DNA of 61,952 bases, the filler included, from Clostridiaceae bacterium (GTDB lineage Bacteria; Bacillota; Clostridia; CAYPLH01; DUMO01): NCBI GenBank assembly GCA_012839865.1. It is 4 parts of 4 records of this genome, joined end to end, with 100 filler letters (N's around TTAATTAATTAA, not from the genome) between each part and the next. Parts side by side here need not be neighbours in the genome. Positions count along the whole stretch, not along the records: positions 1 to 27,166 come from DUMO01000034.1; 3 more parts are not named here. One strand, 5' to 3'. Of the stretch, positions 10,519 through 21,607 are shown piece by piece (positions within the stretch are counted from its first letter, which is position 1; each line of letters begins with the position of its first letter). The notes beneath the pieces are model-generated. The model had not been told where the DNA came from and ran no database searches. It worked only from the letters and a program-made list of their open reading frames with translations. Position numbers and translations under genes: made by a program.

Positions 10519-11934
10519 ATGGTGGTTGAAACTGTTGAAAGAACAATTGAAAAACACGGTCTGATTCTTCCGGGGCAGAAGGTTATTGTCGGAATTTCAG
10601 GAGGCCCTGATTCCGTATGCCTGCTTCATGTGCTTAAAACTTTATCTTCCAAATTGAACATAACCCTTCATGCAGTGCATGTAAATCATATGCTAAGAGG
10701 CGACGAATCCCTTAAAGATGAGGAGTTTGTGGTGGAATTCTGCTCCAGGATGGATGTACCCCTCACAGTAAAAAGGATTGATATAAACGAAGCTTCAAAA
10801 AATGCAGGGGTTTCCCTGGAGGTGGCGGGAAGACATGCAAGATATGGCGAAATGGAAAAGGCGGCTGATGAACATGATGCCCAGGCAATAGCCGTGGCGC
10901 ACAACATGAATGACCAGGCGGAGACAGTACTGATGAATATTATCCGGGGAACCGGACTTCATGGGTTGAAGGGAATTCCCTACAGGCGGGGAAGGGTTGT
11001 CCGCCCCCTTCTTGATGTAAGAAGGAATGAGATTGAAGAATATTGTGTGGAAAATAAGCTTAATCCCAGGATAGACAGCTCAAATCTTACGGACGTTTAT
11101 ACCCGCAATAAAGTCAGGCTGAAGATAATACCGGAGATTGACAATACTTTTGGTGTTGATATAATTTTTACATTGCAAAAGATGGCACAAATAGTAAGGG
11201 AAGATAATGATTTTATTGAGGATTTTTCCCTTAAACTGTTTTCAGAGTGCCTCAGGGTAAAAAACGGGGAAAGGGTTGTTCTTGACATTCCCAAACTTGA
11301 AGAATACCATAAAGCTATACAACGCAGGATTATCCGTATCGGAATAAGAGAATTGAAAGGCGATGTCAGGGATGTGGGAATTGACCACGTGGAGGATGTG
11401 ATTAATCTTGCTCTTGCTGGCAGCACCGGTTCTGTGCTCCATCTTCCAAATGGAATACGAGCGGAAAAATCCTACGACAGCATAGTTCTATATATTGAGA
11501 ATCCCGCCCGGGGAATAAAGTTTTGTCATCAGGTTGAAATCCCGGGTGTAACTTATATAAACAACGGCAGCGGTATTTTAAAAGCGGAAATTTTGCGGGA
11601 TGTCACATGCATTCAAAAATTAAAGCCTGACAGCCAGACCTCGCTGAAGCAATTATTTGATTACGATAAAATAAATGGAGGAATATATATAAGGACAAGG
11701 GAAAACGGGGATTTGTTCAAAGCCTTCAAGTCTCCGGGGACAAAAAAGCTGAAGGATTATTTTATAGATAAAAAAATTCCCCGTGAGGTCCGGGACAGGA
11801 TTCCCCTCATTGCATCAGGAAACGAAATTATTTGGGTTATAGGGCAAAGAATAAGTGATAAATTTAAAGTAAGTGAAAATACTAAAAATATATTGGTGTT
11901 GGAATACAAAGGCAAATTAAGCTTATCCATATAA
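10519..11934 (+). CDS. tilS: tRNA(Ile)-lysidine synthetase
   Basis: SGGPDS PP-loop, AHNMNDQAET, RPLL. Confidence 0.96.
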   Translation: MVVETVERTIEKHGLILPGQKVIVGISGGPDSVCLLHVLKTLSSKLNITLHAVHVNHMLRGDESLKDEEFVVEFCSRMDVPLTVKRIDINEASKNAGVSLEVAGRHARYGEMEKAADEHDAQAIAVAHNMNDQAETVLMNIIRGTGLHGLKGIPYRRGRVVRPLLDVRRNEIEEYCVENKLNPRIDSSNLTDVYTRNKVRLKIIPEIDNTFGVDIIFTLQKMAQIVREDNDFIEDFSLKLFSECLRVKNGERVVLDIPKLEEYHKAIQRRIIRIGIRELKGDVRDVGIDHVEDVINLALAGSTGSVLHLPNGIRAEKSYDSIVLYIENPARGIKFCHQVEIPGVTYINNGSGILKAEILRDVTCIQKLKPDSQTSLKQLFDYDKINGGIYIRTRENGDLFKAFKSPGTKKLKDYFIDKKIPREVRDRIPLIASGNEIIWVIGQRISDKFKVSENTKNILVLEYKGKLSLSI

Positions 11935-11968
11935 AAATTTTGATTACAGAGATTAACGGAGGAAAACA

Positions 11969-12496
11969 ATGTCAAGCATTAAGAGTGTACTGATCGACAA
12001 AGAAACGATACAGAATATGGTGAGATCCCTGGGAGAAAGGATAACCGGGGATTATAAAGGCAAGGAACTCATTATGGTCGGCGTATTGAAAGGCGGCTTT
12101 GTATTCCTGGCAGATTTGATAAGGGAAATAAAAATTCCGGTAATTGTAGAGTTTATGTCGGTATCCAGCTACGGAAGCTCAACAAAATCTTCAGGAGTGG
12201 TTAAAATTATAAAGGACCTGGACGTTGATATAGCCGGAAAACATGTTTTGATTGTGGAGGATATCATTGATACCGGATTGACCCTAAAATACCTTAAGGA
12301 ACTTCTCATGGCCCGGGGACCTTTGAGCGTAAAGATTTGCAGTGCACTCGACAAGCCTTCAAGAAGGAAGGTTGATATTGCAGTTGATTATAAAGGCATA
12401 GAAATTCCGGACGAATTTGTAATAGGTTATGGGCTTGACTATGGTGAAAGATACCGGAATCTTCCCGACGTATGCATTTTGGATCCCGAAGGGTAA
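11969..12496 (+). CDS. hpt: Hypoxanthine phosphoribosyltransferase
   Basis: VLIVEDIIDTGLTL, FVIGYGLDY. Confidence 0.96.
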   Translation: MSSIKSVLIDKETIQNMVRSLGERITGDYKGKELIMVGVLKGGFVFLADLIREIKIPVIVEFMSVSSYGSSTKSSGVVKIIKDLDVDIAGKHVLIVEDIIDTGLTLKYLKELLMARGPLSVKICSALDKPSRRKVDIAVDYKGIEIPDEFVIGYGLDYGERYRNLPDVCILDPEG

Positions 12497-12898
12497 GCAG
12501 TTTTTTGACACGGAAACTGCCGGGTTGAGTTTTGCCGGGAAAGGCGACACACGTATCCTGCCGGGAAAAAGCTCGTTTTATATGGTGGCGGCATACACGT
12601 AAACCTGCCGGATTGGGCATGAGGGCAATACATGCAATATTGCCGGGATAAAGTCAGAGTTTGCCATAGTTTGTTGTGTTTTATAATTGTATATGCTAAT
12701 ATTGTATATGTTAATATTATATCAATGATTTGTATTTATAATGCTGGCTCATAATTTGATTTTGAATATATTCCAGATATCAGGCGGTACTGCGCTGACA
12801 AATTCTAAATATTCCGGGTATCCGGCAGTACTGCATTAAACAGGATTTGAATATATTATGGACAATAGGCAGCACAGTGTTAAATAGGAGGGAGATAT

Positions 12899-14713
12899 TT
12901 GAAGTATTTTAAGGGCATTAGTTTTTATATAGTTGTGTTCGTTATAATTTTAGCGATGCTGGCGTTGTTTGGGAATCCGGACAGCCCGTCTCAAATGGGT
13001 TATTCGGAGCTGCTCAATCAAATTCAAAACAAAAATGTCAAAGAAGTAATTCTGGAAGGACAAAGAGCTACGGTTACACTGATTACACCGCTGCCCAATA
13101 CAAGGTTTAACAAGTATATTGTTATTATTCCTTCTATAGATGCTTTTCATGAAGTTGTATATGAACCAATACTGAATAATGAGTTGACCGTTGTGGCAGT
13201 GGAACCTTATTCGCCGCCATGGTGGTTTTCCATACTGCCTACTTTGCTGTTTGTAGGGCTGTTTGTTCTTTTCTGGGTGTTTTTCCTGCAGCAGTCCCAG
13301 GGGGGAGGCGGAAGCCGGGTTATGTCCTTTGGCAAAAGCAGGGCTAAAATGAGTTCCGACGACAAGAGAAAAGTTACATTTGACGATGTTGACGGCGTAG
13401 ATGAAGAAAAGGAAGAACTGCAGGAGATTGTGGAATTTCTGAAGCAACCTAAAAAGTTTATTGAAGTCGGAGCCAGAATTCCCAAGGGTGTTTTGCTTGT
13501 GGGACCTCCGGGAACTGGTAAGACCCTTCTTGCAAGAGCAGTTTCCGGTGAAGCCGGGGTGCCCTTTTTCAGCATAAGCGGTTCTGACTTTGTTGAAATG
13601 TTTGTAGGTGTGGGAGCTTCCCGTGTCAGGGATTTGTTTGATCAGGCGAAGAAAAATGCTCCATGCATTGTTTTCATAGATGAAATTGATGCAGTGGGAC
13701 GGCACAGAGGTGCAGGCCTCGGCGGTGGCCATGATGAAAGAGAGCAGACTCTGAACCAGCTGCTTGTTGAGATGGATGGCTTTGGAATAAATGAAGGAGT
13801 CATTATTTTAGCAGCCACCAACCGTCCGGATATTCTAGACCCGGCGCTGCTTAGGCCGGGCAGGTTTGACAGGCGCATTACGGTTGGCCTTCCGGACATA
13901 CGGGGAAGGGAAGCCATCCTTAAAGTTCACGCCCGTGGCAAGCCTCTCGGGGACGATGTCAAGCTGGACGAAATAGCAAAAACCACACCGGGATTCACCG
14001 GAGCGGATCTTGAAAACCTTCTGAACGAAGCGGCCCTTTTGACTGCCCGCAAAAACAAGACCCGTATTACCATGGAGGAAATCAAGGAAGCTACCTTCAA
14101 AGTGGTAATAGGTCCCGAGAAGAAGAGCCGGATAATGACCGAGAAGGAGAAGAGACTGACTGCATACCATGAGGCAGGCCATGCAATTGCCGTAAGGGCG
14201 GTATCCACCACCGATACGGTTGACAGGGTTTCCATAATTCCTGCTGGTATGGCTGGAGGTTATACGGCATATAAGCCTGCTGAAGACAAGATGTACAGGA
14301 CCAAGTCCCAACTGATGGAATCAATTATAATTTCCCTTGGAGGGAAAGCCGCCGAAGAGATTGTACTTGGGGAAATCAGTACAGGTTCTTACGGAGACTT
14401 GAGGCAGGCCAATAAGATAGCAAGGAACATGGTAACCAAGTATGGCATGAGTGAAAAACTCGGAGACCTTATTTTCGGTGATGAAAGTGATGAAATCTTT
14501 CTTGGCAGGGATTTCGCACATCAGAGAAATTACAGTGAAGAACTGGCAGCCGAGATTGACAAGGAAGTCAAGAAAATAATTGATGCAGCCCATGAAAAGG
14601 TGGTTCAGGTATTGAAAGAGAACATCAACAAGCTGCATAAAATAGCAGAAGCTCTTCTTGAAAAAGAGAGACTTGAAGCAGATGAATTTGAGCAACTGTT
14701 CGCAAACGCATAA
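12899..14713 (+). CDS. ftsH: ATP-dependent zinc metalloprotease FtsH
   Basis: Two TMs, [20 protein letters not shown] start after AGGAGGG. Confidence 0.98.
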   Translation: MKYFKGISFYIVVFVIILAMLALFGNPDSPSQMGYSELLNQIQNKNVKEVILEGQRATVTLITPLPNTRFNKYIVIIPSIDAFHEVVYEPILNNELTVVAVEPYSPPWWFSILPTLLFVGLFVLFWVFFLQQSQGGGGSRVMSFGKSRAKMSSDDKRKVTFDDVDGVDEEKEELQEIVEFLKQPKKFIEVGARIPKGVLLVGPPGTGKTLLARAVSGEAGVPFFSISGSDFVEMFVGVGASRVRDLFDQAKKNAPCIVFIDEIDAVGRHRGAGLGGGHDEREQTLNQLLVEMDGFGINEGVIILAATNRPDILDPALLRPGRFDRRITVGLPDIRGREAILKVHARGKPLGDDVKLDEIAKTTPGFTGADLENLLNEAALLTARKNKTRITMEEIKEATFKVVIGPEKKSRIMTEKEKRLTAYHEAGHAIAVRAVSTTDTVDRVSIIPAGMAGGYTAYKPAEDKMYRTKSQLMESIIISLGGKAAEEIVLGEISTGSYGDLRQANKIARNMVTKYGMSEKLGDLIFGDESDEIFLGRDFAHQRNYSEELAAEIDKEVKKIIDAAHEKVVQVLKENINKLHKIAEALLEKERLEADEFEQLFANA

Positions 14714-14777
14714 CAGTGTGCAAATTGAATTATTATAAGATGCTTATGGCAAAAGGACTTCAAACAGCAACATGGTG

Positions 14778-14807
14778 TTGACAAAATAAATCAGTATATG
14801 GTATATT
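14778..14807 (+). promoter_or_regulatory. SigA-type promoter upstream of metK leader
   Basis: TTGACA-N18-TATATT with TG extended -10. Confidence 0.6.
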
Positions 14808-14888
14808 ACGATTGCAAATTGGTGTCAAGCCTGGCTCCAATTTGCAAAGTGTTTATTACAAAATTAATAATAGAAAATAGACATTTGA

Positions 14889-14993
14889 CCTTATCAAGAG
14901 AGGTGGAGGGACGGGCCCAATGAAACCCGGCAACCGGCAAGTATGTATCGGTGCCAATTCCTACAGGATGAAATTTCATCCTGAGAGATGAGG
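14889..14993 (+). ncRNA. SAM-I (S-box) riboswitch
   Basis: CTTATCAAGAGAGGTGGAGGGACGGGCCCAATGAAACCCGGCAACC...GGTGCCAATTCC...GAGAGATGAGG, upstream of metK. Confidence 0.97.
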
Positions 14994-15002
14994 AGTAATC
15001 AT

Positions 15003-15025
15003 AAACCTCATCAAGAGGTTTTTTT
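15003..15025 (+). terminator. Riboswitch expression-platform terminator
   Basis: AAACCTC/GAGGTTT stem then T run; CCTCATC (15006-15012) can alternatively pair with GATGAGG of P1. Confidence 0.88.
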
Positions 15026-15102
15026 ATTTCTCGGAAAATAAATGGAAATAATAATAAACGGTCAGGTCTTTATTTTCTAGGAATACTTCAGGAGGTATCA
15101 GT

Positions 15103-16293
15103 ATGTCGAAATTTTTATTTACATCCGAGTCGGTAACCGAAGGACACCCGGACAAGATGTGCGACCAGATTTCAGATGCGGTTCTCGACGCTATTTATGC
15201 ATTGGATCCAATGGCAAGAGTAGCATGCGAGACTGCAGTTACAACCGGATTGGTTTTGGTAGCGGGAGAAATTACAACTGAATGCTATGTTGACATTCCC
15301 AAAGTGGTAAGGGAAACTGTAAGAGAAATAGGTTATACAAGGGCAAAATTCGGTTTTGATTGTGATACATGTGCGGTTATTACATCCATTGATGAGCAAT
15401 CCACTGATATAGCCATGGGCGTAAATCAGGCACTGGAGGCAAAAAAAGGCGAAATGACCGATGCGCAGGTTGCTGCAATTGGAGCAGGCGACCAGGGAAT
15501 GATGTTCGGGTTTGCATGTGATGAAACACCTGAGCTTATGCCAATGCCCATATCTCTTGCCCACAAGCTGACAAGAAGACTTGCAGAAGTTAGGAAAAGC
15601 GGAGTTTTGAGCTATATAAGGCCTGACGGAAAATCCCAGGTTACTGTCGAATACGTGGACGGGCAACCTGTACGGGTGGATACTGTGGTTATTTCCACCC
15701 AGCACGACCCGGATGTGGATCAGGAAACAATTGCGAAGGATATTGTAGAAAAGGTTATTAAAGCAGTCATACCGGGAAACTTGCTTGACAAAGATACAAA
15801 GTTCCTGGTCAATCCAACCGGAAGGTTCGTCATCGGAGGTCCCCAGGGTGATACCGGCCTTACAGGAAGAAAAATTATCGTGGACACTTATGGCGGCTAT
15901 GGAAGGCATGGAGGAGGAGCTTTTTCAGGAAAAGACCCTACCAAGGTTGACCGCTCCGCAGCCTATGCAGCCCGTTATGTGGCAAAGAACATAGTAGCCG
16001 CTGGTTTGGCAAGAAAATGCGAAGTGCAGCTGGCATATGCAATAGGAGTAGCAAAACCGGTTTCCATCCTTATAGACACCTTTGGCACAGGTAAAATTCC
16101 TGAGTCGAAGATTCTGGAGCTGGTGAACAGGCATTTTGATTTAAGACCGGCAGCCATTATCAGGGCCCTTGACCTAAGAAGGCCTATTTATAAGAAAACC
16201 GCTGCTTACGGGCATTTTGGAAGAAATGACCCTGACTTTACCTGGGAGAGGACTGACAAGGCAGCAATTCTTAAGCAGGAAGCAGGAATCTGA
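15103..16293 (+). CDS. metK: S-adenosylmethionine synthetase
   Basis: [35 protein letters not shown]. Confidence 0.99.
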   Translation: MSKFLFTSESVTEGHPDKMCDQISDAVLDAIYALDPMARVACETAVTTGLVLVAGEITTECYVDIPKVVRETVREIGYTRAKFGFDCDTCAVITSIDEQSTDIAMGVNQALEAKKGEMTDAQVAAIGAGDQGMMFGFACDETPELMPMPISLAHKLTRRLAEVRKSGVLSYIRPDGKSQVTVEYVDGQPVRVDTVVISTQHDPDVDQETIAKDIVEKVIKAVIPGNLLDKDTKFLVNPTGRFVIGGPQGDTGLTGRKIIVDTYGGYGRHGGGAFSGKDPTKVDRSAAYAARYVAKNIVAAGLARKCEVQLAYAIGVAKPVSILIDTFGTGKIPESKILELVNRHFDLRPAAIIRALDLRRPIYKKTAAYGHFGRNDPDFTWERTDKAAILKQEAGI

Positions 16294-16320
16294 ACGGGTA
16301 ATAACTAAAGCAAAGAAAGA

Positions 16321-16405
16321 ACAGGGGACGGTTCAAACGGGACAGGGGACGGTTCTGTGTCCTATGCAAACACATAGGACACAGAACCGTCCCCTGTCCC
16401 GTTTG
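16321..16405. repeat. REP-like element with a 33-bp perfect inverted repeat
   Basis: 16334-16366 is the exact reverse complement of 16373-16405 (6-nt loop); extra ACAGGGGACGGTTC copy at 16321. Confidence 0.9.
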
Positions 16406-16458
16406 TCTCGTTCACATCATTTCCCCGGCAGCATAAAATGAATAGGGGGAGTGATAGC

Positions 16459-16806
16459 ATGCTAAACATAATCGGGCAGTTTGTTACATATCTGTTTGCC
16501 ATATATGGGTTCCTTTCTCTGGTTTATTTGATAGCCCGGGAGTTCATCAAGCCGGACTTTGAAGATACCGGCATCAAACTGGTGATAATTGAAAAAAACC
16601 AGGAAAACAGAATAGAGGGGATAATCAATAATGTGATTACAGGCGACCTTGTAAAAAGGCTTGTTGCCCGTGGAAAGGTTACTGTGCTTGATATGGGTTC
16701 GGAGGACGGAACATTGGAGATTTTGAAAAAGCTCAAAGAAAAGCACAATGTAATCGAATTGCTGGAGGAAAGCAACAGACACGCCATTTTTGAAGATTTT
16801 AAGTAG
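16459..16806 (+). CDS. Hypothetical protein, N-terminal TM plus degenerate glycosyltransferase-like segment
   Basis: RBS GGGGGAG; hydrophobic N-terminus; KLVIIEKNQENRIEGII, VTVLDMGSEDGTLEIL. Confidence 0.65.
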   Translation: MLNIIGQFVTYLFAIYGFLSLVYLIAREFIKPDFEDTGIKLVIIEKNQENRIEGIINNVITGDLVKRLVARGKVTVLDMGSEDGTLEILKKLKEKHNVIELLEESNRHAIFEDFK

Positions 16807-17008
16807 GAGGATGTGGGATAAAAATAAAGGGGCAGTTAATGATAAATAGCTCTAATACTGCTAGTTACAGCAAGGCTTAGGAAAACACAGTTTAAAACTA
16901 CCAGCATGGAACAGGTCTCCTGTCCCACTTTGTCAAAAACGCTCTGGTCCTTGCGACAAAACAAATTTTCAATTATACTTGAAATATAGGAAAAAAGAGG
17001 GTGAATTT

Positions 17009-19243
17009 TTGGTTGAAATTGAAGGTATAATTGAGCAAATCGTGTTTACAAATGAGGTAAACGGATATACTGTGTGCGATGTCAAGTGCAAAAAGGAAAC
17101 TATAACTGTGGTGGGATACATGCCCTTTGTCAATGCAGGGGAAAGTATCAGGCTTACCGGCAATTGGGTTGTTCACCGGGACTATGGCAAGCAGCTTAAG
17201 GTTGAATACTATGAGAAAATTATGCCCAAAACGGTCCCGGCAATAGAAAAATACCTGGCTTCCGGTGTTATAAAGGGAATCCGGGAGGCTACCGCAAAAA
17301 AAATCGTGGACAGGTTTGGTGAAGATTCCCTGGATATTATACGTTTTTCGCCGGAGAAGCTCTCCATGATTAAAGGAATCAGCAAGAAAAAAGCCATTGA
17401 AATTGGACAAGCTTTTGCAGAGATAAGCGGATTGACCGAAGTTGCAATGTTCCTTCAGGGGTATGGCATCAGCCCCAGCTACTCAGCCAAAATTTACAAA
17501 AAGTATGGAGAAGGCGCAATAGAGAAGATTAAAAACAATCCCTATGAACTCCTTGAGGAGGTACCGGGAATAGGGTTTAAGGTCATAGACCGGATGGCAA
17601 TGAGTCTTGGCATTGACCCGGCATCAAAGTATAGAATCAGCAGTGGAATCAAGTATATATTATCCCAGGCTGCAGTAAACGGCCACACCTACCTGCCGGA
17701 CGAAGAATTGTGTGAAAGTGCATCAAGGCTTCTTGAAGTAACCTTAAACAGCATAGAGGATGCGCTGATCAAATTAATGATTGACGATGCGGTGTATGTT
17801 GAAACAACAGAGAAAGGTTCCCGGAATGTTTATTTGAAAACCCTTTACCAGGCGGAAGTAGAGGTGTGCAGGAAGCTTGGGGATCTGGTTGCAGTTAATT
17901 TTGAAGAAGAAACTTTTGATTTTGAAGAAAAAATAAAGCGGGTGCAAATCCAGGAAAATATAATTCTTGCGGACAAACAGAAAATAGCCATTAAGGAAGC
18001 CATGACAAACGGAGTTCTTGTCATCACAGGAGGTCCGGGAACAGGGAAAACTACAATCATAAAATGCATAATAAAGCTTCTCAGAAACTCAGGTTATGAA
18101 GTTGCCCTTGCAGCGCCTACCGGAAGAGCGGCCAAAAGGATGACGGAGGCTACCGGGTATGAGGCAAAAACCATACACAGGCTGCTGGAAATCGGCTATA
18201 CCGGCGATGATGACCGGCTCACCTTCGCCAGAACCGAGGGGAACCCCATTGATGCGGATGTGGTAATAATTGATGAAACATCCATGGTGGACATTATTCT
18301 TATGAATCACCTGTTAAAATCAATTCCCGCCGGGTGCCGCCTGATATTGGTGGGCGATGCGGACCAGCTTCCCTCCGTGGGTCCCGGAAATGTTCTCAAA
18401 GATATAATTGCAAGCGGAACAGTCAAGGTGGTGCATCTTACCGAAATATACCGGCAGGCGGAAGAAAGCATGATAATAGTGAACGCCCACAGGATGAACA
18501 AAGGAGAATATCCCTGTCTAAATGTCAAAGGAAAGGATTTTTTCTTCATACCCAAAAACAATGCAGGAGAAATTGTAAGCACAATACTGGACCTGTGCTC
18601 AAAGAGACTTCCTGCCAGCTACAATTATGACCCTATACGCCATATTCAGGTTCTGACTCCCACAAGAAAAGGCCCCATAGGCGTTTCCAACCTGAATATT
18701 GAGATGCAGAAGGTACTAAACCCGCCGGATAAAAGAAAGAAGGAGAAGGCTTTTAAAAGCATCATCTACCGGGAGGGCGACAGGGTGATGCAGATACGCA
18801 ACAATTATGATATAAGGTGGGAAAAGCCTGATAACCCGGACATTTGGGGCGAAGGAGTATTTAACGGTGACCTGGGTGTTATCGTGGAAATAGATGAAGA
18901 AGAACAAAATATAGTAGTTCTCTTTGATGACGACAAGTTGGTAAAATATGATTTTTCCATACAGGAGGAAATTGAAACCGCCTTTGCCACTACGATACAT
19001 AAAAGCCAGGGAAGCGAGTTCCCGGCTGTGATTATGCCTGTTTTTTCCGGACCCCCGGTTCTTATGACAAGAAATCTCCTTTACACTGCGGTCACAAGGG
19101 CAAAGGAACTGGTTGTGCTTGTAGGATCGGAAGAATGCCTACGGTACATGGTTGACAACCAAAGGGAGACATTAAGACATTCGGGCCTTCTTGAAAAACT
19201 GGAAAAGTGCATGACTTTTTATGAAGAGGATTTTAATAAGTGA
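17009..19243 (+). CDS. recD2: RecD2-like ATP-dependent DNA helicase
   Basis: HhH repeats, TGGPGTGKTT, APTGRAAKR, TIHRLL, TIHKSQGSEF; TTG 17009 likely start. Confidence 0.95.
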   Translation: MVEIEGIIEQIVFTNEVNGYTVCDVKCKKETITVVGYMPFVNAGESIRLTGNWVVHRDYGKQLKVEYYEKIMPKTVPAIEKYLASGVIKGIREATAKKIVDRFGEDSLDIIRFSPEKLSMIKGISKKKAIEIGQAFAEISGLTEVAMFLQGYGISPSYSAKIYKKYGEGAIEKIKNNPYELLEEVPGIGFKVIDRMAMSLGIDPASKYRISSGIKYILSQAAVNGHTYLPDEELCESASRLLEVTLNSIEDALIKLMIDDAVYVETTEKGSRNVYLKTLYQAEVEVCRKLGDLVAVNFEEETFDFEEKIKRVQIQENIILADKQKIAIKEAMTNGVLVITGGPGTGKTTIIKCIIKLLRNSGYEVALAAPTGRAAKRMTEATGYEAKTIHRLLEIGYTGDDDRLTFARTEGNPIDADVVIIDETSMVDIILMNHLLKSIPAGCRLILVGDADQLPSVGPGNVLKDIIASGTVKVVHLTEIYRQAEESMIIVNAHRMNKGEYPCLNVKGKDFFFIPKNNAGEIVSTILDLCSKRLPASYNYDPIRHIQVLTPTRKGPIGVSNLNIEMQKVLNPPDKRKKEKAFKSIIYREGDRVMQIRNNYDIRWEKPDNPDIWGEGVFNGDLGVIVEIDEEEQNIVVLFDDDKLVKYDFSIQEEIETAFATTIHKSQGSEFPAVIMPVFSGPPVLMTRNLLYTAVTRAKELVVLVGSEECLRYMVDNQRETLRHSGLLEKLEKCMTFYEEDFNK

Positions 19244-19937
19244 TAAACCTTTAATGGACCTAACTGAAAAAATAATCAGGCTGTTGTATCCGCCAAAGTG
19301 CATATTTTGCGGCGAACTCCTTGATATTGACACAGAATTGGAAATATGCCCGAAGTGCTTTGACAAGATACCCTTTATGCCGGAAGAAAATTACCGCTCT
19401 TTAAAGAAGTTTGACTACGACAGCAATTGGGATGACCTGGTTTGTGCATGCGAGTACAAGGGAATTATAAAAGAGGCAATAATGAGATATAAATTTTTTG
19501 ACAAGCCTTCCTATTGCCGGGCATTCGGGCACCTTATGCTGTTGAAGCTTTCCGGAGTACTGAAAAAATATGATTTTGACATGATTGTCAGCGTACCCCT
19601 TCACAGGAAGAAAAAAGCGTTGCGGGGATATAACCAGTCTTTGCTTATTTCAAGGGAAATTAGCAGGAAAACAGGGATTCCCGAAAAATCCAACCTTTTA
19701 TGTAGGGTGAAAAATACAAAAAGCCAAAGCACATTAACCAGGGAAGGCAGGTATTTTAACATCAGAAATGCTTTTCTTATAAAGGAAAAGGAAGAAATTA
19801 AGAGTAAAAATATATTGATTTTTGACGATATATTAACTACAGGGTATACTTTAAATGAATGCAGCAGGGTTTTAAAAGAGGCAGGCGCTGAAAAGGTAGT
19901 GGCAGCAGTTATTGCTTCTCCGATTACAACCGTATAG
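19221..19937 (+). CDS. comFC: ComF family protein (double zinc ribbon + phosphoribosyltransferase)
   Basis: CIFC..CPKC, VPLH, RGYNQS, DDILTTGYTL. Confidence 0.9.
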   Translation: MKRILISDKPLMDLTEKIIRLLYPPKCIFCGELLDIDTELEICPKCFDKIPFMPEENYRSLKKFDYDSNWDDLVCACEYKGIIKEAIMRYKFFDKPSYCRAFGHLMLLKLSGVLKKYDFDMIVSVPLHRKKKALRGYNQSLLISREISRKTGIPEKSNLLCRVKNTKSQSTLTREGRYFNIRNAFLIKEKEEIKSKNILIFDDILTTGYTLNECSRVLKEAGAEKVVAAVIASPITTV

Positions 19938-19962
19938 AAATCAAATTGACAGGGGTGGAAAA

Positions 19963-20385
19963 ATGTCTGTTCCAAGAAATTGTATAAGGTGTGGCAAGGT
20001 ATTTACATACGTTTATGGGCTTCCGATTTGTAATGATTGCAGAAAGCAGGACGAGGAGGATTTCAAAAGGGTCAAGGAGTATCTTTACGATAACCCTGGC
20101 GCCAGCATGTCGCAAGTTGCAAGCGACCTTGGAATCAGCGTAAAAAAAATTAAAAATTTTCTACGGGAAGGCCGCCTGGAGATAGTTGGCGATGGGGCAA
20201 ACATGTTTCTTGAATGCGAAAGATGCGGGAAATCCATAAAATCCGGCTTATATTGCGAAGAATGCGAAAGAGCGCTTAAAGAGGATTTAACCAAAACAGC
20301 CAGTGAATTAAAAAAGGAACTAAATCCTAAGGACGACTGGTACAAAGATGGCAAGATGAGGTATCTATACAGGGACAAAAAGTAA
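19963..20385 (+). CDS. YvyF-like flagellar-operon zinc-finger protein
   Basis: RNCIRCGKVF, CNDC, CERCG..I.SG..CEEC; between comF and flgM as in Bacillus. Confidence 0.85.
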   Translation: MSVPRNCIRCGKVFTYVYGLPICNDCRKQDEEDFKRVKEYLYDNPGASMSQVASDLGISVKKIKNFLREGRLEIVGDGANMFLECERCGKSIKSGLYCEECERALKEDLTKTASELKKELNPKDDWYKDGKMRYLYRDKK

Positions 20386-20506
20386 AGTATTTCAGTGGTT
20401 GCTGCTCTTTGGGCTAAAGCTGAATGTTTTTTCCTGCCGATACCATATAGCGGTATTAAAGACGGGTGTTCACGAAATAAACTTTTCGGGAAATAACTTT
20501 TTCTGT

Positions 20507-20533
20507 TAATTATTCTTTAATAAATACCGATAA
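20507..20533 (+). promoter_or_regulatory. Putative sigma-28 promoter for flgM-flgN-flgK
   Basis: TAAT-N15-ACCGATAA; second candidate TAAA-N17-GCCGATAC at 20415-20443. Confidence 0.55.
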
Positions 20534-20648
20534 GAATAATGAAAGAATATTATTTACGAAATTTGATTCAATATATAAACAGCATTTGGAATACTTAATA
20601 AGAAATTGTAAATTATGTGCTTTGAATTTCTAGATGGAGTGGTTTTTT

Positions 20649-20936
20649 ATGAAAATCTGGGGTGATATCCAGAAAGTATCAGGTGTTTATAATAAGCATA
20701 GCAGAGTAAACAGAACAGAGAAACCTGTGAGTGTAAACGGCAAAAAGGATACTGTGTCCATATCAGGCGAAGCTAAAGATTTTCAGACGGTAATGAGGGC
20801 ACTTAAGGATGTGCCTGATGTTCGAAGGGATAAAGTAGATGCTCTTGCTGAAAAATATCGGTCAGGTTCTTATACTGTTAGCGGAAAGGAAACAGCTGAT
20901 AAAATAATAAAGTCAGTTTTAGATAAGAGAATTTAA
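20649..20936 (+). CDS. flgM: Anti-sigma-28 factor FlgM
   Basis: DTVSIS, VRRDKVDALAEKYRSGSY.V....ADKI. Confidence 0.93.
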   Translation: MKIWGDIQKVSGVYNKHSRVNRTEKPVSVNGKKDTVSISGEAKDFQTVMRALKDVPDVRRDKVDALAEKYRSGSYTVSGKETADKIIKSVLDKRI

Positions 20937-21085
20937 CAATATTGTCCTTGTCTTGATTTGTTGTTTTCAAGTTCATTTTAATTCCATAGCTTAGGACTGT
21001 TATTATTTTTGCTCCCTTGCGTGGAAAATTTTATTATTTATGGATGGAGCGGCCAAATTATTTTGCTTTTTTTGGAGTGATGTAA

Positions 21086-21586
21086 ATGTCAATTGAAAGA
21101 ATTATCAACAGCCTGGCTGAAATTCTGGAGGAAGAGTTTAAAGTTTATTCCGGACTTTTGGAAATTGCAAAGAAGAAAAAACAGATAATAGTTGATGGAA
21201 AAGTAAAGGAACTTGAGCAGCTTGTCAAGGTGGAGCAAACCTGCATAATTCATGCGGGAAAACTCGAAAGGCAAAGGGAAGATATAGTTGCCGAGCTATG
21301 CAAAGAGATGGGCATTGACTGTAATGATGCAACTATTTCCGGGATTTCGAATAAAATTGGCAGAGAGTATTCTGAAAAACTTGAAAAAGGCAGGCAAAAC
21401 TTGATTAAAACCATTGAGAGCCTGAAAACTGAAAATGCGTTGAATGCAAGGTTAATAAAAAATTCCCTTGATTATATAGATTTTTCATTAAACCTTATGG
21501 CCAGTCTGGGCAGTGACGGAAGCTACTTAAAATCAGGGGAAGTTAACGAGCCCGGTAAAAGAAACATTCTTGATTTGAAGCTGTAA
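21086..21586 (+). CDS. flgN: Flagellar export chaperone FlgN
   Basis: Coiled-coil protein between flgM and flgK; ENALNARLIKNSLDYI. Confidence 0.85.
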   Translation: MSIERIINSLAEILEEEFKVYSGLLEIAKKKKQIIVDGKVKELEQLVKVEQTCIIHAGKLERQREDIVAELCKEMGIDCNDATISGISNKIGREYSEKLEKGRQNLIKTIESLKTENALNARLIKNSLDYIDFSLNLMASLGSDGSYLKSGEVNEPGKRNILDLKL

Positions 21587-21607
21587 GGAAACTACAGGTG
21601 GTGGAAA

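Noticed and set aside
12950..14695. Long antisense ORFs within ftsH, metK, dnaB, pheA, flgL and others
   Set aside because: Shadow frames of well-conserved genes with no recognisable motifs.
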